Assembly: GCA_963717525.1 (NCBI GenBank)
Contig: OY970343.1
Location: 1,792,001 to 1,856,000 of the forward strand
Direction: 5' to 3'
DNA length: 64,000 nucleotides
Source: an uncultured Methanoregulaceae archaeon
Lineage (GTDB): Archaea; Halobacteriota; Methanomicrobia; Methanomicrobiales; Methanospirillaceae
Below are positions 51,421-61,387 of this stretch, one piece after another. The notes under the pieces were generated by a model. That model saw nothing but the letters and a program-made list of their open reading frames with translations, was not told the DNA's origin and made no database searches. The position numbers were made by a program, and so were the translations under genes. How positions within the stretch are numbered: the stretch's first letter is position 1; each line of letters opens with the position of its first letter.

Positions 51421-54400
51421 TTATTTCGTCGTTTCCTCCACGACGGCAATCTCATCCACTGTAAGCCCGTAGATCCCGTACACAAGCGAGTCGATCTGCT
51501 TGTCGGTGGAGTCGATCTCCTGCTGGATCAGCCGCTTTTCCTGATCGGTCTTTGCATGGCTCAGGTGTTTGTGCAGATCCAGCATACCGGTCACGAGCGC
51601 AACCATCCGGTCGTGCCGGGCTTTATCATCCGGGTTGTCGAAGTCGATAGTGTAGATGGGGAAATTTTTCAGCACAACGTACGCCGGCATGAAAAAGCCT
51701 GCCTGAAGTTTGGGCAAATTCGTTTCAAATAAGAAGTACGTCAATTTGCTGTTTAAAACACCTAATAAATATTTGTCAGCCTTTGGAATTATGAAACATT
51801 TGTTATTAGCATAGAATTTTGACTCATCCAGCGTAAATTCGGGTTTTTGACAAATCTCAGGATAGATTATTTTTGGTTTTTCAAATTCTTCATAATAATC
51901 AATTGTATCCTGAATTTCATACCATTCGTACAATCCCGGTTTTCGCCCTTTCCAATCCTCCCCTTTCCAATCTTTTGGTCGAGGAGTTAATTTTATTTTA
52001 AATTGCTTAAGATAATTCACGATTGCTGGATATTTTTTTATTTCAACTCCATGTTTGGTGAAAATTAAAAATTTCCCGTCATTTGTTAAGGGTCTGTACC
52101 GTTTAATATCTCTTCCAACTAAGTATGGTTTAATTAAATCTGCAGAGTTTGGATCTTCACTAATCAATTTCTGTTTAATTTTTTCATCAATAACAAATGC
52201 CTCGTTACAACCAGTGACAATTCCCCGGTAAACTTCTCCCATCACATACTCTTCGAGTGGCGTCCCCGCGCTCTTCAGTTTCTTCAGCAGACTCTCCGTC
52301 CGTTTGTCCCCGAGTGTCCAGCCGCCGTCCGTGAGTGTTGCCTGCTCAATCGGGTGGCGGTGCGCCTGCACGTATCCCGCAAGATCCGGGAAGTCAAGCG
52401 TTTCCACCTTGGATATGCAGAATTCTTTTGCCGGCGTGTTGTTCGAGACCCGGATGATGCACGGGTATGTTGTCGCAGCCTTGAAGACCGGCAGGTCGCC
52501 GAAGTCCACGATCTCCTCAATCTGTTTTGACAGGAGGAACTTCCGGAGCGGCTTCCCGTAATTCGCCCGCATCCACTTGTTCGCCACGATGTACGAGAAA
52601 ATGCCACCGGGGCGCAGGAGCGAGATGCCTTTCTCGATGAAATACGCGTACAGGTCAGCGGTTCCCTGGTAGACCGCATAGCGCGACTGGTAGTACTCTT
52701 TCTGATCTTTGATCGATTCCTGCCTGACGTAGGGGGGGTTGCCGATCACTGCATCGAAACCGCCTGCCTTCATCACGAGCGGAAATTCTGCCTGCCAGTC
52801 AAACGCATTGACCCGTTTGCGCTCCTCCATGTTGAACGGGTGCGCCTGCCTGAGATCGAAGTAATCCGGTGCAACGAGCGAGTTGCCGCACCTGATGTTA
52901 TGGTGCAGGGAGGGCAGCGCCCGCTCCGCAAAGAGCTTCAGTTGCTTCGAGACATTCTCCTCGCTCTCTTCCTCAAGTACTTTCAGGAGAAGCGAGAGTT
53001 TCGTCACTTCGACTGCCTGTGGATCGATATCCACGCCGTAGATATTGTGCAGGAGGATGCGCTTGCGTTCCGCTGTGGTCAGCCGCCAGTCGCTCCGCAT
53101 CTTCGAGGGGTCGCTTGTCCCGACCTTATAGATCGGCAATTCGTATGCGCCCTCTTTTTTTGCTTTGCCGGAGGCGACCGGATCCGGCAGGAGCGCCTGA
53201 ACTTCCGGAGCGGCAGCCGTCCGGCCCTTGAGCACCGGCACGAGATGCTCGATATACCAGTCGCGGTGCCGGTCGAGCAGGAACTGGTAGGCACCGAGCA
53301 GGAACGAACCGGATCCGCACGCGGGATCCACGATGGTGAGCTTTGCCACTTCCCGGGGGGTCTTCCCTTTCACCAGTTCGCCCACGGTCTTTTTGACAAT
53401 ATAGTCCACGATATACGCAGGCGTGTAGTAGACACCGCCGGCCTTGCGCACCGCCGGCTTGTCCTCCACATCGGCCCGGTGGGATGCAGAGAGTCTGATC
53501 ACCTTCCCGAGGAACTGCTCGTATACCTGCCCGAGGATCTCGGCTGGGATCACCGAGAACTCGTACGGGCTCGGATAATAGAGCCGGTTGATGATCGCCT
53601 TTAAGACCGAATCGTCGATGACAAGGGATGGCGTGAGCGTATCGGGAATCTCGTCACGCCCGGCCTCCTCTGCAAAATGGAAAAGCCCGGAGTTATACTT
53701 GTCATCAGCGAGCCGGAACAGGTCACAGACCCGGGCATACACCGCTTCAGTATGGGACAGGGCATGCAGGGTCTCGTAATGCTCGATCCCCCGGTCCTCG
53801 CAGATACGCAAAAAAATGATCCGGTCTATAATCAGCTGGACGGCAGTGTTCACCTCTTCCTGCGAAAGCCCGATATTGCGCAATGCGATGTTACGGGCAA
53901 GCAGCAGCCTCCAGTTCTCGATATCCTCCAGGAATTTTTCATCGACGCCGGCAGTCCCGTGTTTCTCACCATTCGTTGCAACGTATTTGTCAAACGAACC
54001 TTTCTGGATACCTTCCGGGGAAAAAACCGCAGCGATCCGATCCCATCGTTTCTCGTATTCCGTGTAGGGGAAATAGGCAATCCGTGCTGTTGCAGCCGTA
54101 TCCTCTTTTCGGAGGGGAACATTGCAGTCATAGACTGCGAACTCCTCGAAGTTTGTCAGGATGGAAAGTTTCAACCCGGCATTCCATGCGTAGCGACGCA
54201 GCTGGAGCGCCGCATCCAGATCATCTTTAAGGGCAACGGCAGGCTTTTTTGCCTCGCAGATGAACTTCCGGGCCCCGCCAACCCGGAACGAGTAATCGAT
54301 ATGTTTCGTCTGCCCACGGATGCGGATGGGATCTTCATGGGCCACCTCTTTGTAGGCTTCCGACCAGCTCTTGTTATTATCTACGTCCCAGCCAAGAGCA

Positions 54401-54522
54401 CGGAAGAAAGGATCGAGGAATTCACGCCGCAATTCAGTCTCGTTCTTCTGTCCCTTGTGATAGACCGGACGGTTGAACTCATACCGCTGGACAAGATCAA
54501 GAACCGCCTGTGGTGCCGGCAT
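51421..54522 (-). CDS. Type IIG (Eco57I-like) fused restriction endonuclease / N6-adenine methyltransferase with TaqI-like TRD
   Basis: N-terminal IDY...EAKK nuclease, GVYYTP, DPACGSGSFL, IGNPPY and TaqI_C-like KIIYPEI region. Confidence 0.92.
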   Translation of the reverse strand: MPAPQAVLDLVQRYEFNRPVYHKGQKNETELRREFLDPFFRALGWDVDNNKSWSEAYKEVAHEDPIRIRGQTKHIDYSFRVGGARKFICEAKKPAVALKDDLDAALQLRRYAWNAGLKLSILTNFEEFAVYDCNVPLRKEDTAATARIAYFPYTEYEKRWDRIAAVFSPEGIQKGSFDKYVATNGEKHGTAGVDEKFLEDIENWRLLLARNIALRNIGLSQEEVNTAVQLIIDRIIFLRICEDRGIEHYETLHALSHTEAVYARVCDLFRLADDKYNSGLFHFAEEAGRDEIPDTLTPSLVIDDSVLKAIINRLYYPSPYEFSVIPAEILGQVYEQFLGKVIRLSASHRADVEDKPAVRKAGGVYYTPAYIVDYIVKKTVGELVKGKTPREVAKLTIVDPACGSGSFLLGAYQFLLDRHRDWYIEHLVPVLKGRTAAAPEVQALLPDPVASGKAKKEGAYELPIYKVGTSDPSKMRSDWRLTTAERKRILLHNIYGVDIDPQAVEVTKLSLLLKVLEEESEENVSKQLKLFAERALPSLHHNIRCGNSLVAPDYFDLRQAHPFNMEERKRVNAFDWQAEFPLVMKAGGFDAVIGNPPYVRQESIKDQKEYYQSRYAVYQGTADLYAYFIEKGISLLRPGGIFSYIVANKWMRANYGKPLRKFLLSKQIEEIVDFGDLPVFKAATTYPCIIRVSNNTPAKEFCISKVETLDFPDLAGYVQAHRHPIEQATLTDGGWTLGDKRTESLLKKLKSAGTPLEEYVMGEVYRGIVTGCNEAFVIDEKIKQKLISEDPNSADLIKPYLVGRDIKRYRPLTNDGKFLIFTKHGVEIKKYPAIVNYLKQFKIKLTPRPKDWKGEDWKGRKPGLYEWYEIQDTIDYYEEFEKPKIIYPEICQKPEFTLDESKFYANNKCFIIPKADKYLLGVLNSKLTYFLFETNLPKLQAGFFMPAYVVLKNFPIYTIDFDNPDDKARHDRMVALVTGMLDLHKHLSHAKTDQEKRLIQQEIDSTDKQIDSLVYGIYGLTVDEIAVVEETTK

Positions 54523-54672
54523 TACAAAAGACGCCTCACGTAGAGTAGAATAAGCAGGCGTATCAGCATCTAGTTTTCGATGACAGAAACATGGTCACTT
54601 TTGATCAATCCTACAGGTTTATTGCCAGCGATGGGCATTCACTCTTAAGTGAGATGTGCACGGGTGCTCCTG

Positions 54673-57318
54673 ATGATATCTGTCCTCTACGTCGATGATG
54701 AACCCGGACTGCTGGAGATTGGCAGGATCTTTCTTGAACGGGGCGGGCAGTTTTCCGTCGACATTGTTACCTCTGCCCCGGCCGCACTTACCCTGCTCAC
54801 AACTAAGAACTACGATGCCATTGTCTCTGACTACCAGATGCCGGGCATGGACGGAATAGAATTTTTGAAGAATGTCAGGAACTCGGGAAATACCATCCCA
54901 TTTATTCTTTTCACCGGGCGGGGACGTGAAGAGATTGTCATACAGGCCATAAACTCGGGTGCTGACTTCTACCTCCAGAAAGGTGGGGAACCGGTGGCAC
55001 AGTTTGCAGAACTTACTCATAAAATAAAAATTGCCGTCGAGCGGAAACGTGCCGATAACGCGCTGAAACAGAACGAGTACCGGCTTAAGACACTCGTATC
55101 TTTTTACCAGATGACCTCTGGTCCGTTAAAAGACATGATGATCTTTGCCGTAGAACAGGCGGTGGAAATCACTGCAAGCTCGATAGGGTATCTCGCATTT
55201 GTGTCTGATGATGAGTCCCTTCTTACCATGTACGCCTGGTCTTCACTGGCGATGAAGGAATGTTACATCTGCGAAAAACCCATAGAATACCCCCTTAACA
55301 CAACCGGGTTATGGGGAGAAGCAGTCCGGCAGCGCCGCCCCATAATTACCAACGATTATGCCGCAGAAAACCCGCTTAAAAAAGGATACCCCAAAGGACA
55401 TGTTCCCATCATACGGCACATGAATATCCCGGTTTTTGACGGTACCCGTATCGTCATGGTTGCCGGTGTAGGAAACAAAACTTCAGACTATGATGACGTG
55501 GATGTACATGAACTCTCCGTCCTGATGAACGGTCTGTGGAATGTCATTAAAGAACGGAGGGCAGAAGAGGAACTCGTTAAGAGAAACGAGGAACTCCGGG
55601 TTGCTTATGTGCAGATCGCCGCGAGCGAGGAGGAACTCCGTTCACAGTATGAACAGCTTGCACAGAGTGAACGGCAAATCAGGGAGAGCGAGGGAAAATA
55701 CCGCACTCTTGTGGAAAATGTCATTGACATCATTTATCGGGCAGATAGTGAAGGTACAATAATCTTTGTGACTCCCTCCATCCTTCCTTTGATAGGTTAC
55801 GATAATATTGACGAGATAATTGGTCATCCTATTACCTCATTCTGGGCCGACCCGGAAAAGCGTGATGACCTGATTGCCAGAATGAAAGAAAAAGGTTTTG
55901 TGAAAGATTATGAAGTTATCATCCTGAAGCGGGATGGTACCGGGATTCCCGTCTCAATAAGCAGCCATTTCTATTATGATGATACCGGGCGCATTGTTGG
56001 GGTAGAAGGGATTATCCACGATATCACTGACCGTAAAAAGGCGGAGGAGGAGCTGCGCAAGAGCGAGGAACGGTACAGGAACGTGGTTGAGGATCAGTCC
56101 GAATTCATCTCCCGGTTCTTGCCGGATGGCACCCATGTCTTTGTCAATGAAGCATATTGCCGTTATTTCGGTTTGAAACGCGAAGAGATCCTCGGGCACC
56201 GGTTCCGGCCAAAGATCCCTACCGACGACCAGGAGCGCTTGAAACAGTTTTTTGCATCCTTAACCCCGGATCACCCTGTCGATAACATCGAGCACCGGAT
56301 AATTATGCCGGATGGCAACATACGATGGCAGCGATGGAGTGACCGTGCGATATTCGCACCTTCCGGAACAATTGCCGAATATCAGTCAGTAGGTCAGGAC
56401 ATTACCGAACGCAAGCTGGCTGAGAACCAGATCCGGTCGGCTTTTGAACAGCTGACCGCTTCGGAGGAGGAACTCAAAAGACAGTACGATGCCCTGACCG
56501 AGAGCGAACGGGCACTCCGATTAAGTGAGAACCGGCTGCTGATGGCACAGGATATCGGTCATATCGGCTACTGGGAATATTCCTTTGAGACCGGCAAAAT
56601 CTGGGGTTCCGCGGAGTCGCTCCATATCTACGGGTTTCCTTCCGTTTCCGGGTCTTACCCCATCGCTGATATCGAAGCATGTGTCGAGGATCGCGAACGG
56701 GTTCAGCAGGCATTTGCTGACTTCATTACCGGCAGGAAGGAGTACGATATTAAGATTACTGTCAACCCCCATGATGGATCTTCCCAAAGAGTTGTCCATT
56801 CCATCGCACGACTCGAAAAAGATGCAAAAGGTAACCCGTTCAGGGTCGTTGGTGTAATCCAGGATATCACCGAACGCAAACAGATGGAAATCGCAGCCCG
56901 GGAGAGTGAGGAGAAATACCGGTCAAGCATTGATGCTTTTCCCGATGTCATCAGTGTCGTAGACAGGGAGTTTAAGGTAATCCTTGCCAATACCAGCCTC
57001 CTTACGTGGCTCCGTCGTCTGGGACAGAGTGACGATATTATCGGAAAACCGATCCTAGAGGCATTCCCCTTCCTCTCACCCTCCGTTCTCGATGAATATC
57101 GCACCGTCTTTTTGAAAGGGACAATCATGGTCACCGAAGAATCTTCACCAGTAGGCGATGCGGAGATCGTAACAGAGACCCGGAAGATCCCAATCAAGGC
57201 GCATGGCGACGTTGTTGCCGTTATCGCCGTAATCAGGGATATAACAGAGCACAAGCAGGGAGAGGAGTTCACACAAAAAACGCCACACCAGCTCAGCACC
57301 CTGCCATCGAAGAGATGA
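54673..57318 (+). CDS. Multi-sensor signalling protein (REC-GAF-multiple PAS), no kinase domain
   Basis: VLYVDDE...SDYQMPGMDG..FTGRG REC domain, a GAF domain and repeated DITER/DITDR PAS ends. Ends without an H-box or HATPase. Confidence 0.88.
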   Translation: MISVLYVDDEPGLLEIGRIFLERGGQFSVDIVTSAPAALTLLTTKNYDAIVSDYQMPGMDGIEFLKNVRNSGNTIPFILFTGRGREEIVIQAINSGADFYLQKGGEPVAQFAELTHKIKIAVERKRADNALKQNEYRLKTLVSFYQMTSGPLKDMMIFAVEQAVEITASSIGYLAFVSDDESLLTMYAWSSLAMKECYICEKPIEYPLNTTGLWGEAVRQRRPIITNDYAAENPLKKGYPKGHVPIIRHMNIPVFDGTRIVMVAGVGNKTSDYDDVDVHELSVLMNGLWNVIKERRAEEELVKRNEELRVAYVQIAASEEELRSQYEQLAQSERQIRESEGKYRTLVENVIDIIYRADSEGTIIFVTPSILPLIGYDNIDEIIGHPITSFWADPEKRDDLIARMKEKGFVKDYEVIILKRDGTGIPVSISSHFYYDDTGRIVGVEGIIHDITDRKKAEEELRKSEERYRNVVEDQSEFISRFLPDGTHVFVNEAYCRYFGLKREEILGHRFRPKIPTDDQERLKQFFASLTPDHPVDNIEHRIIMPDGNIRWQRWSDRAIFAPSGTIAEYQSVGQDITERKLAENQIRSAFEQLTASEEELKRQYDALTESERALRLSENRLLMAQDIGHIGYWEYSFETGKIWGSAESLHIYGFPSVSGSYPIADIEACVEDRERVQQAFADFITGRKEYDIKITVNPHDGSSQRVVHSIARLEKDAKGNPFRVVGVIQDITERKQMEIAARESEEKYRSSIDAFPDVISVVDREFKVILANTSLLTWLRRLGQSDDIIGKPILEAFPFLSPSVLDEYRTVFLKGTIMVTEESSPVGDAEIVTETRKIPIKAHGDVVAVIAVIRDITEHKQGEEFTQKTPHQLSTLPSKR

Positions 57319-57607
57319 CCGGCGTTCAGGCAGCGGAGATGCTGGGAACACGGGATCACGTGTACACAATCCCGGTCTTAGAAAAACGGCACTCGATCCT
57401 GATCTACCTGATCCTCCAGCCTGATATGGACATTACCGGACGATATCCACATATCTCCCACGAATGTGAAATCCTGATCGCCAAGACGATCTTACTCCGC
57501 CGGAATGGAGCTCAGGTTACGATCAGGAGAGGGCGGGACCGCTTTACAACCGGTACGGCGGGATTGACGGTGCGATCGAATCAATCCGGGATATCACGGA
57601 ACGCTGA
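57302..57607 (+). pseudogene. Degenerate PAS-domain remnant
   Basis: AIEEMTGVQAAEMLG..DH.Y.IP...ILI.LI... then GPLYNR.G.IDGAIESIRDITER* in a different frame. Confidence 0.7.
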
Positions 57608-57687
57608 CGGGCGGCAGGTCTGCCCGCTACCGCCAACAATACCTTCCCTCAGTGCGGTCAAATACGTATTTGCTAAAAAGAGGGAAA

Positions 57688-58350
57688 CTATGCGCCCTTG
57701 ATCCCTTTTCCTTTCTTCATCCCACGGAGGATTTTGGCAAAGACCGAGACCAGCGCCAGCAGCGAGACCCCGATGATCGCGTACGTGATGAGTGCAAAGT
57801 TCGCCTGGACGATCGGGAGGTTGCCCACGAAATAGCCGGCGAGCAGGAACAGGGACGCCCAGAGGATCCCGCCAAGGACATTATACCCGATAAACCACGT
57901 GTACCGCATCTTCCCGACCCCGGCCAAAAACGGGGCAAAGGTCCTTATAACGGGCATGAACCGCGCGATGACGATGGTGAAACCGCCGTACTTTTCAAAA
58001 TACTGGTGGGTCTCGTCGAGGTGCTCTTTTTTTACAAAAGAGTATTTCCATTCGAGCACCTTCATCTCGAAGGTATAGCCGATCCAGTAATTGAGCGTGT
58101 CGCCAAGCACGCACGCGAGGATCAGGGTCGCTAAAAGGATGCGGATATCCAGCATCCCGGCACCCGCGAGCGCTCCTGCAACAAAGAGCATGGAATCGCC
58201 CGGCAGGAACGCTGTGAGCACAATACCGCATTCGCAGAAGAGGATCAAAAAGAGGATCACGTACGTCCACAGCCCGTACTGCTGGAGAATTACCGGCAGG
58301 TACTTGTCAAAATGGAGTACCAGGTCGAGAATATTGAACGGGAGAACCAT
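57688..58350 (-). CDS. DedA/VTT family membrane protein
   Basis: FLPGDSMLF.AG, GDTLNYWIG and ARFMPVIRTFAPF.AG. Confidence 0.93.
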   Translation of the reverse strand: MVLPFNILDLVLHFDKYLPVILQQYGLWTYVILFLILFCECGIVLTAFLPGDSMLFVAGALAGAGMLDIRILLATLILACVLGDTLNYWIGYTFEMKVLEWKYSFVKKEHLDETHQYFEKYGGFTIVIARFMPVIRTFAPFLAGVGKMRYTWFIGYNVLGGILWASLFLLAGYFVGNLPIVQANFALITYAIIGVSLLALVSVFAKILRGMKKGKGIKGA

Positions 58351-58573
58351 CGTACCGGATCATTGAACCGGGTCCGATAAATGGCTTGGGGAAAGCACCG
58401 TAATTTCATATCGAAAAAAGCCACCCAGGTATCGTCACCGTGGAGAAACGCCCCTTTTTGCTGTCCGCATGTCCGGGCAGGCATCCAATGATGAAAATCC
58501 TTCGGCCATACTGAAACACAGTTATCAGCCCGGAGCGCCAATACCTTAGCAGCAAAAAGTAAGGAAATAAGCG

Positions 58574-59513
58574 ATGAAACACCAGTGCGATGAACCGGTC
58601 ACCCAGATGCACCTGAAACCGGCCATGACGGTCGGCGAACTGGTTGCTGCCATGGGAAAAGCCGGGGCATACAACGGCGGCTCGCTCTGCCATGCGGCAG
58701 AGATCTACGAGCAGATGCTGCGGGATGCGGACGCGACAAAATTCTTCGGGCTTGCCGGTGCGATGGTGCCGGCCGGCATGGGCGGGATCGTCTCCGATCT
58801 CATCAAAGACGGCCATATCGATATCCTCGTCTCGACCGGCGCAAACCTCACGCACGATATCATCGAGGCTATTGGCTGCCACCACTTCCACGGCACCGCC
58901 TTCTGCAACGACATCGAACTCCGCCACGATGAGATCAACCGGATCTACGATGTCTACCTCCCCAACGAAGCCTTCGAGCACTTCGAGGAGTTCATGCAGG
59001 GCGTGTTTGGCGAACTGAAAGCGGGCAGCACCATCTCAATCTCCGGCCTGCTGCAGCACATCGGTTCGCACCTGAAAACCGGCATCCTTGCCACCGCCGC
59101 ACAAAAGGGGATCCCGGTCTACTGCCCGGCCGTGCAGGACTCGATGGTCGGCCTCCAGGTACTGGCTCTTTTCGCAGACAAACACGGTGACCGTGGACGC
59201 GTTTGCCGACATGCCGGTACTCCTTGACACCTGCTTTGCAACCAAAAAAGCCGGCGCCTTACTCGTGGGCGGGGGCGTACCGAAAAATTTCATCCTCCAG
59301 AGCATGCTGATGACCCCGAACGGATTCAATTACGCAGTCCAACTGACCGGCGACCGCCCGGACCTTGGTGGCCTCTCGGGTGCAACTCTTGATGAAGCCC
59401 GGTCATGGGGCAAGATCACCGAGGAGGCGCGGGCCGTGACTGTATATGGCGATGCCACGATCACGCTGCCGATCCTTGTTGCGGCCGTGATGGAGCGGTT
59501 GTCCCATGCCTGA
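58574..59513 (+). CDS. dys: Deoxyhypusine synthase, with an apparent frameshift near 59158
   Basis: STGAN..HD, INRIYDV, GGGVPKN and GGLSGATLDEARSWGK. Confidence 0.93.
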
Positions 59514-60153
59514 ACTTATCCTTGCCCTTGACGTGACGGAAAAGAAGAGGGCACTTGAGATCGCTCATGCCTGCACCCCGCACCTCGATGCGATCAAGGT
59601 CGGTTACCCGCTCGTACTCTCTGCCGGCCTCTCCATCGCGGGAGACCTTAAAAAAGCCGGCCTTCCGCTCATCGCCGACTTCAAGGTTGCTGATATCCCC
59701 AACACCAACCAGCTCATCTGCGACCAGGTCTTTGCTGCCGGCTTCTCCGCGATCATCTGCCACGGCTTTCCCGGCATGGACTCGGTGAAGGCCTGTGTCG
59801 CCTCCGCCCGGGCGCACAAGGGACAGTGCTACGTGGTTGCCGAGATGAGCCACCCGGGAGGAAAGGAGTTCTTCTCACAGGGGACGGCAGAGCAGATCGC
59901 AGCAAACGCCGTAATCGCGGGCGCTGATGGCATCATCGCGCCGGCTACCCGGCCGGACCGTGTACAGGTCCTCCGCGGGTTTGTCGGCCACAAAAAGATC
60001 CTCTCCCCGGGGGTCGGGGCGCAGGGAGGGGATGCAGACGCGATCGCCGCACTCGTGGACGGTATTATCGTGGGCCGGTCCATCTACGAAGCCCCTGACC
60101 CGGCGGCAGCAGCGCAGTCCTATGCCCGGGTCCGCAGAGTGCAGAAACGGTAA
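59506..60153 (+). CDS. pyrF: Orotidine-5'-phosphate decarboxylase
   Basis: LALD, DFKVADIPNT, SPGVGAQGG and IVGRSIY. Confidence 0.97.
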   Translation: MPELILALDVTEKKRALEIAHACTPHLDAIKVGYPLVLSAGLSIAGDLKKAGLPLIADFKVADIPNTNQLICDQVFAAGFSAIICHGFPGMDSVKACVASARAHKGQCYVVAEMSHPGGKEFFSQGTAEQIAANAVIAGADGIIAPATRPDRVQVLRGFVGHKKILSPGVGAQGGDADAIAALVDGIIVGRSIYEAPDPAAAAQSYARVRRVQKR

Positions 60154-60268
60154 ACAGCCCTTTTTTACGACCCGATCTCTTTTTTGCGCCCCCGTACGTA
60201 CCGCGAATGCAATATTACCTTCAGGGCATGGCCTAAAAGTTTTTTAAGGACTTGTGCGATGTAGTAGT

Positions 60269-60632
60269 ATGGATTGGAGCACAGACCAGAGGAAAATTGC
60301 GGAAAAATACACGAAACTCGAAGATATCCCTGAATCTGAGCGGAAATACAAGTGCCATACCTGCCATCTCATCGTGGACCAGAACCCATGCCCGAACTGC
60401 GGGGAGACCAAGCTCGAGATCATGTGCCCGCTTGACAACTGTCACTGCGCCCACGAGATGATCTCCGGGATAGAGGTACTGCCCGCTCTGCGGCAAGCCT
60501 GTCTGTCCCGAATGCGGCTCACATGACGTTGTCCAGATCAGCCGGGTGACCGGGTACCTGCAGGACGTTTCCGGCTGGAATGCCGGCAAGCAGCAGGAGC
60601 TCAAGGACCGTATGCGGTACTCGGTTGCATAA
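60269..60632 (+). CDS. Small stand-alone NrdD C-terminal (Zn-ribbon plus glycyl-radical loop) protein, with an apparent frameshift near 60475
   Basis: Multiple CxxC motifs, then CPECGS...[25 protein letters not shown]. Confidence 0.82.
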
Positions 60633-60717
60633 CAAACCCTGTTTTTCCGGATTTTTATCTTTAAGGCACGATCCGTTGAAATAACCTGCCAGATCCATCT
60701 GATAAAAGAGAGCGGAG

Positions 60718-61059
60718 TTAAATGCTGCATAACAGCGTGGATAACCCCGTACTAAATGGTGCTTCCTCGTAGTACCTGATCTTTTTCTCGATCATCGCCC
60801 GCTTGAATTGTGCTTCCGTATGCTCCGGGTTGAGTTCCAGGACTTTCTCATATTTTTTTATCGCCTCATCATACCGGCCCATTTCATCCAGACAGTTTCC
60901 CATCGCGTTGTGCGCGTCGCAGAAATGGGGTGCAACGCAGACCGCCATTTTTAAGTACTTCAGTGCGTCCTCTTTCTTTCCGTTTTCCTTAAAATGCAAT
61001 CCCTGCCGGTAGAGATACTGTGCTTCGAGCGTAATACCCGTTGATCCAGATTGTGCCAT
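60718..61059 (-). CDS. Tetratricopeptide repeat protein
   Basis: AHNAMGNCLDEMGRYDEAIKKYEKVLELNP. Confidence 0.85.
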   Translation of the reverse strand: MAQSGSTGITLEAQYLYRQGLHFKENGKKEDALKYLKMAVCVAPHFCDAHNAMGNCLDEMGRYDEAIKKYEKVLELNPEHTEAQFKRAMIEKKIRYYEEAPFSTGLSTLLCSI

Positions 61060-61387
61060 TTCTGACTCCTCCCATGAAAAATCTCCACAAGGAAGCATCC
61101 CGGTGGATGATCCCTGCTCTGGATGGGGGGGTCATTAAGAATTTGCACTCGGGTATTGCCATGCATATATGGATCCCAGTGTGCCGGGCAAAACGACAGG
61201 TGAGTTAATCAGGAGACGAAAAATTATTCGTCAATTCTCCAGGATTGTACACCTGTCTCATGGCAGGCATAGGACAGGAGAACCAAAACCTGACGACAGG
61301 ATTTTTTTCTGCCCGGCAGGGAGATTGAGGCATTTATCCCCGCGATGAATAATTTTAATACCTTCGTCTGCCGTTCAACTAACTAGT

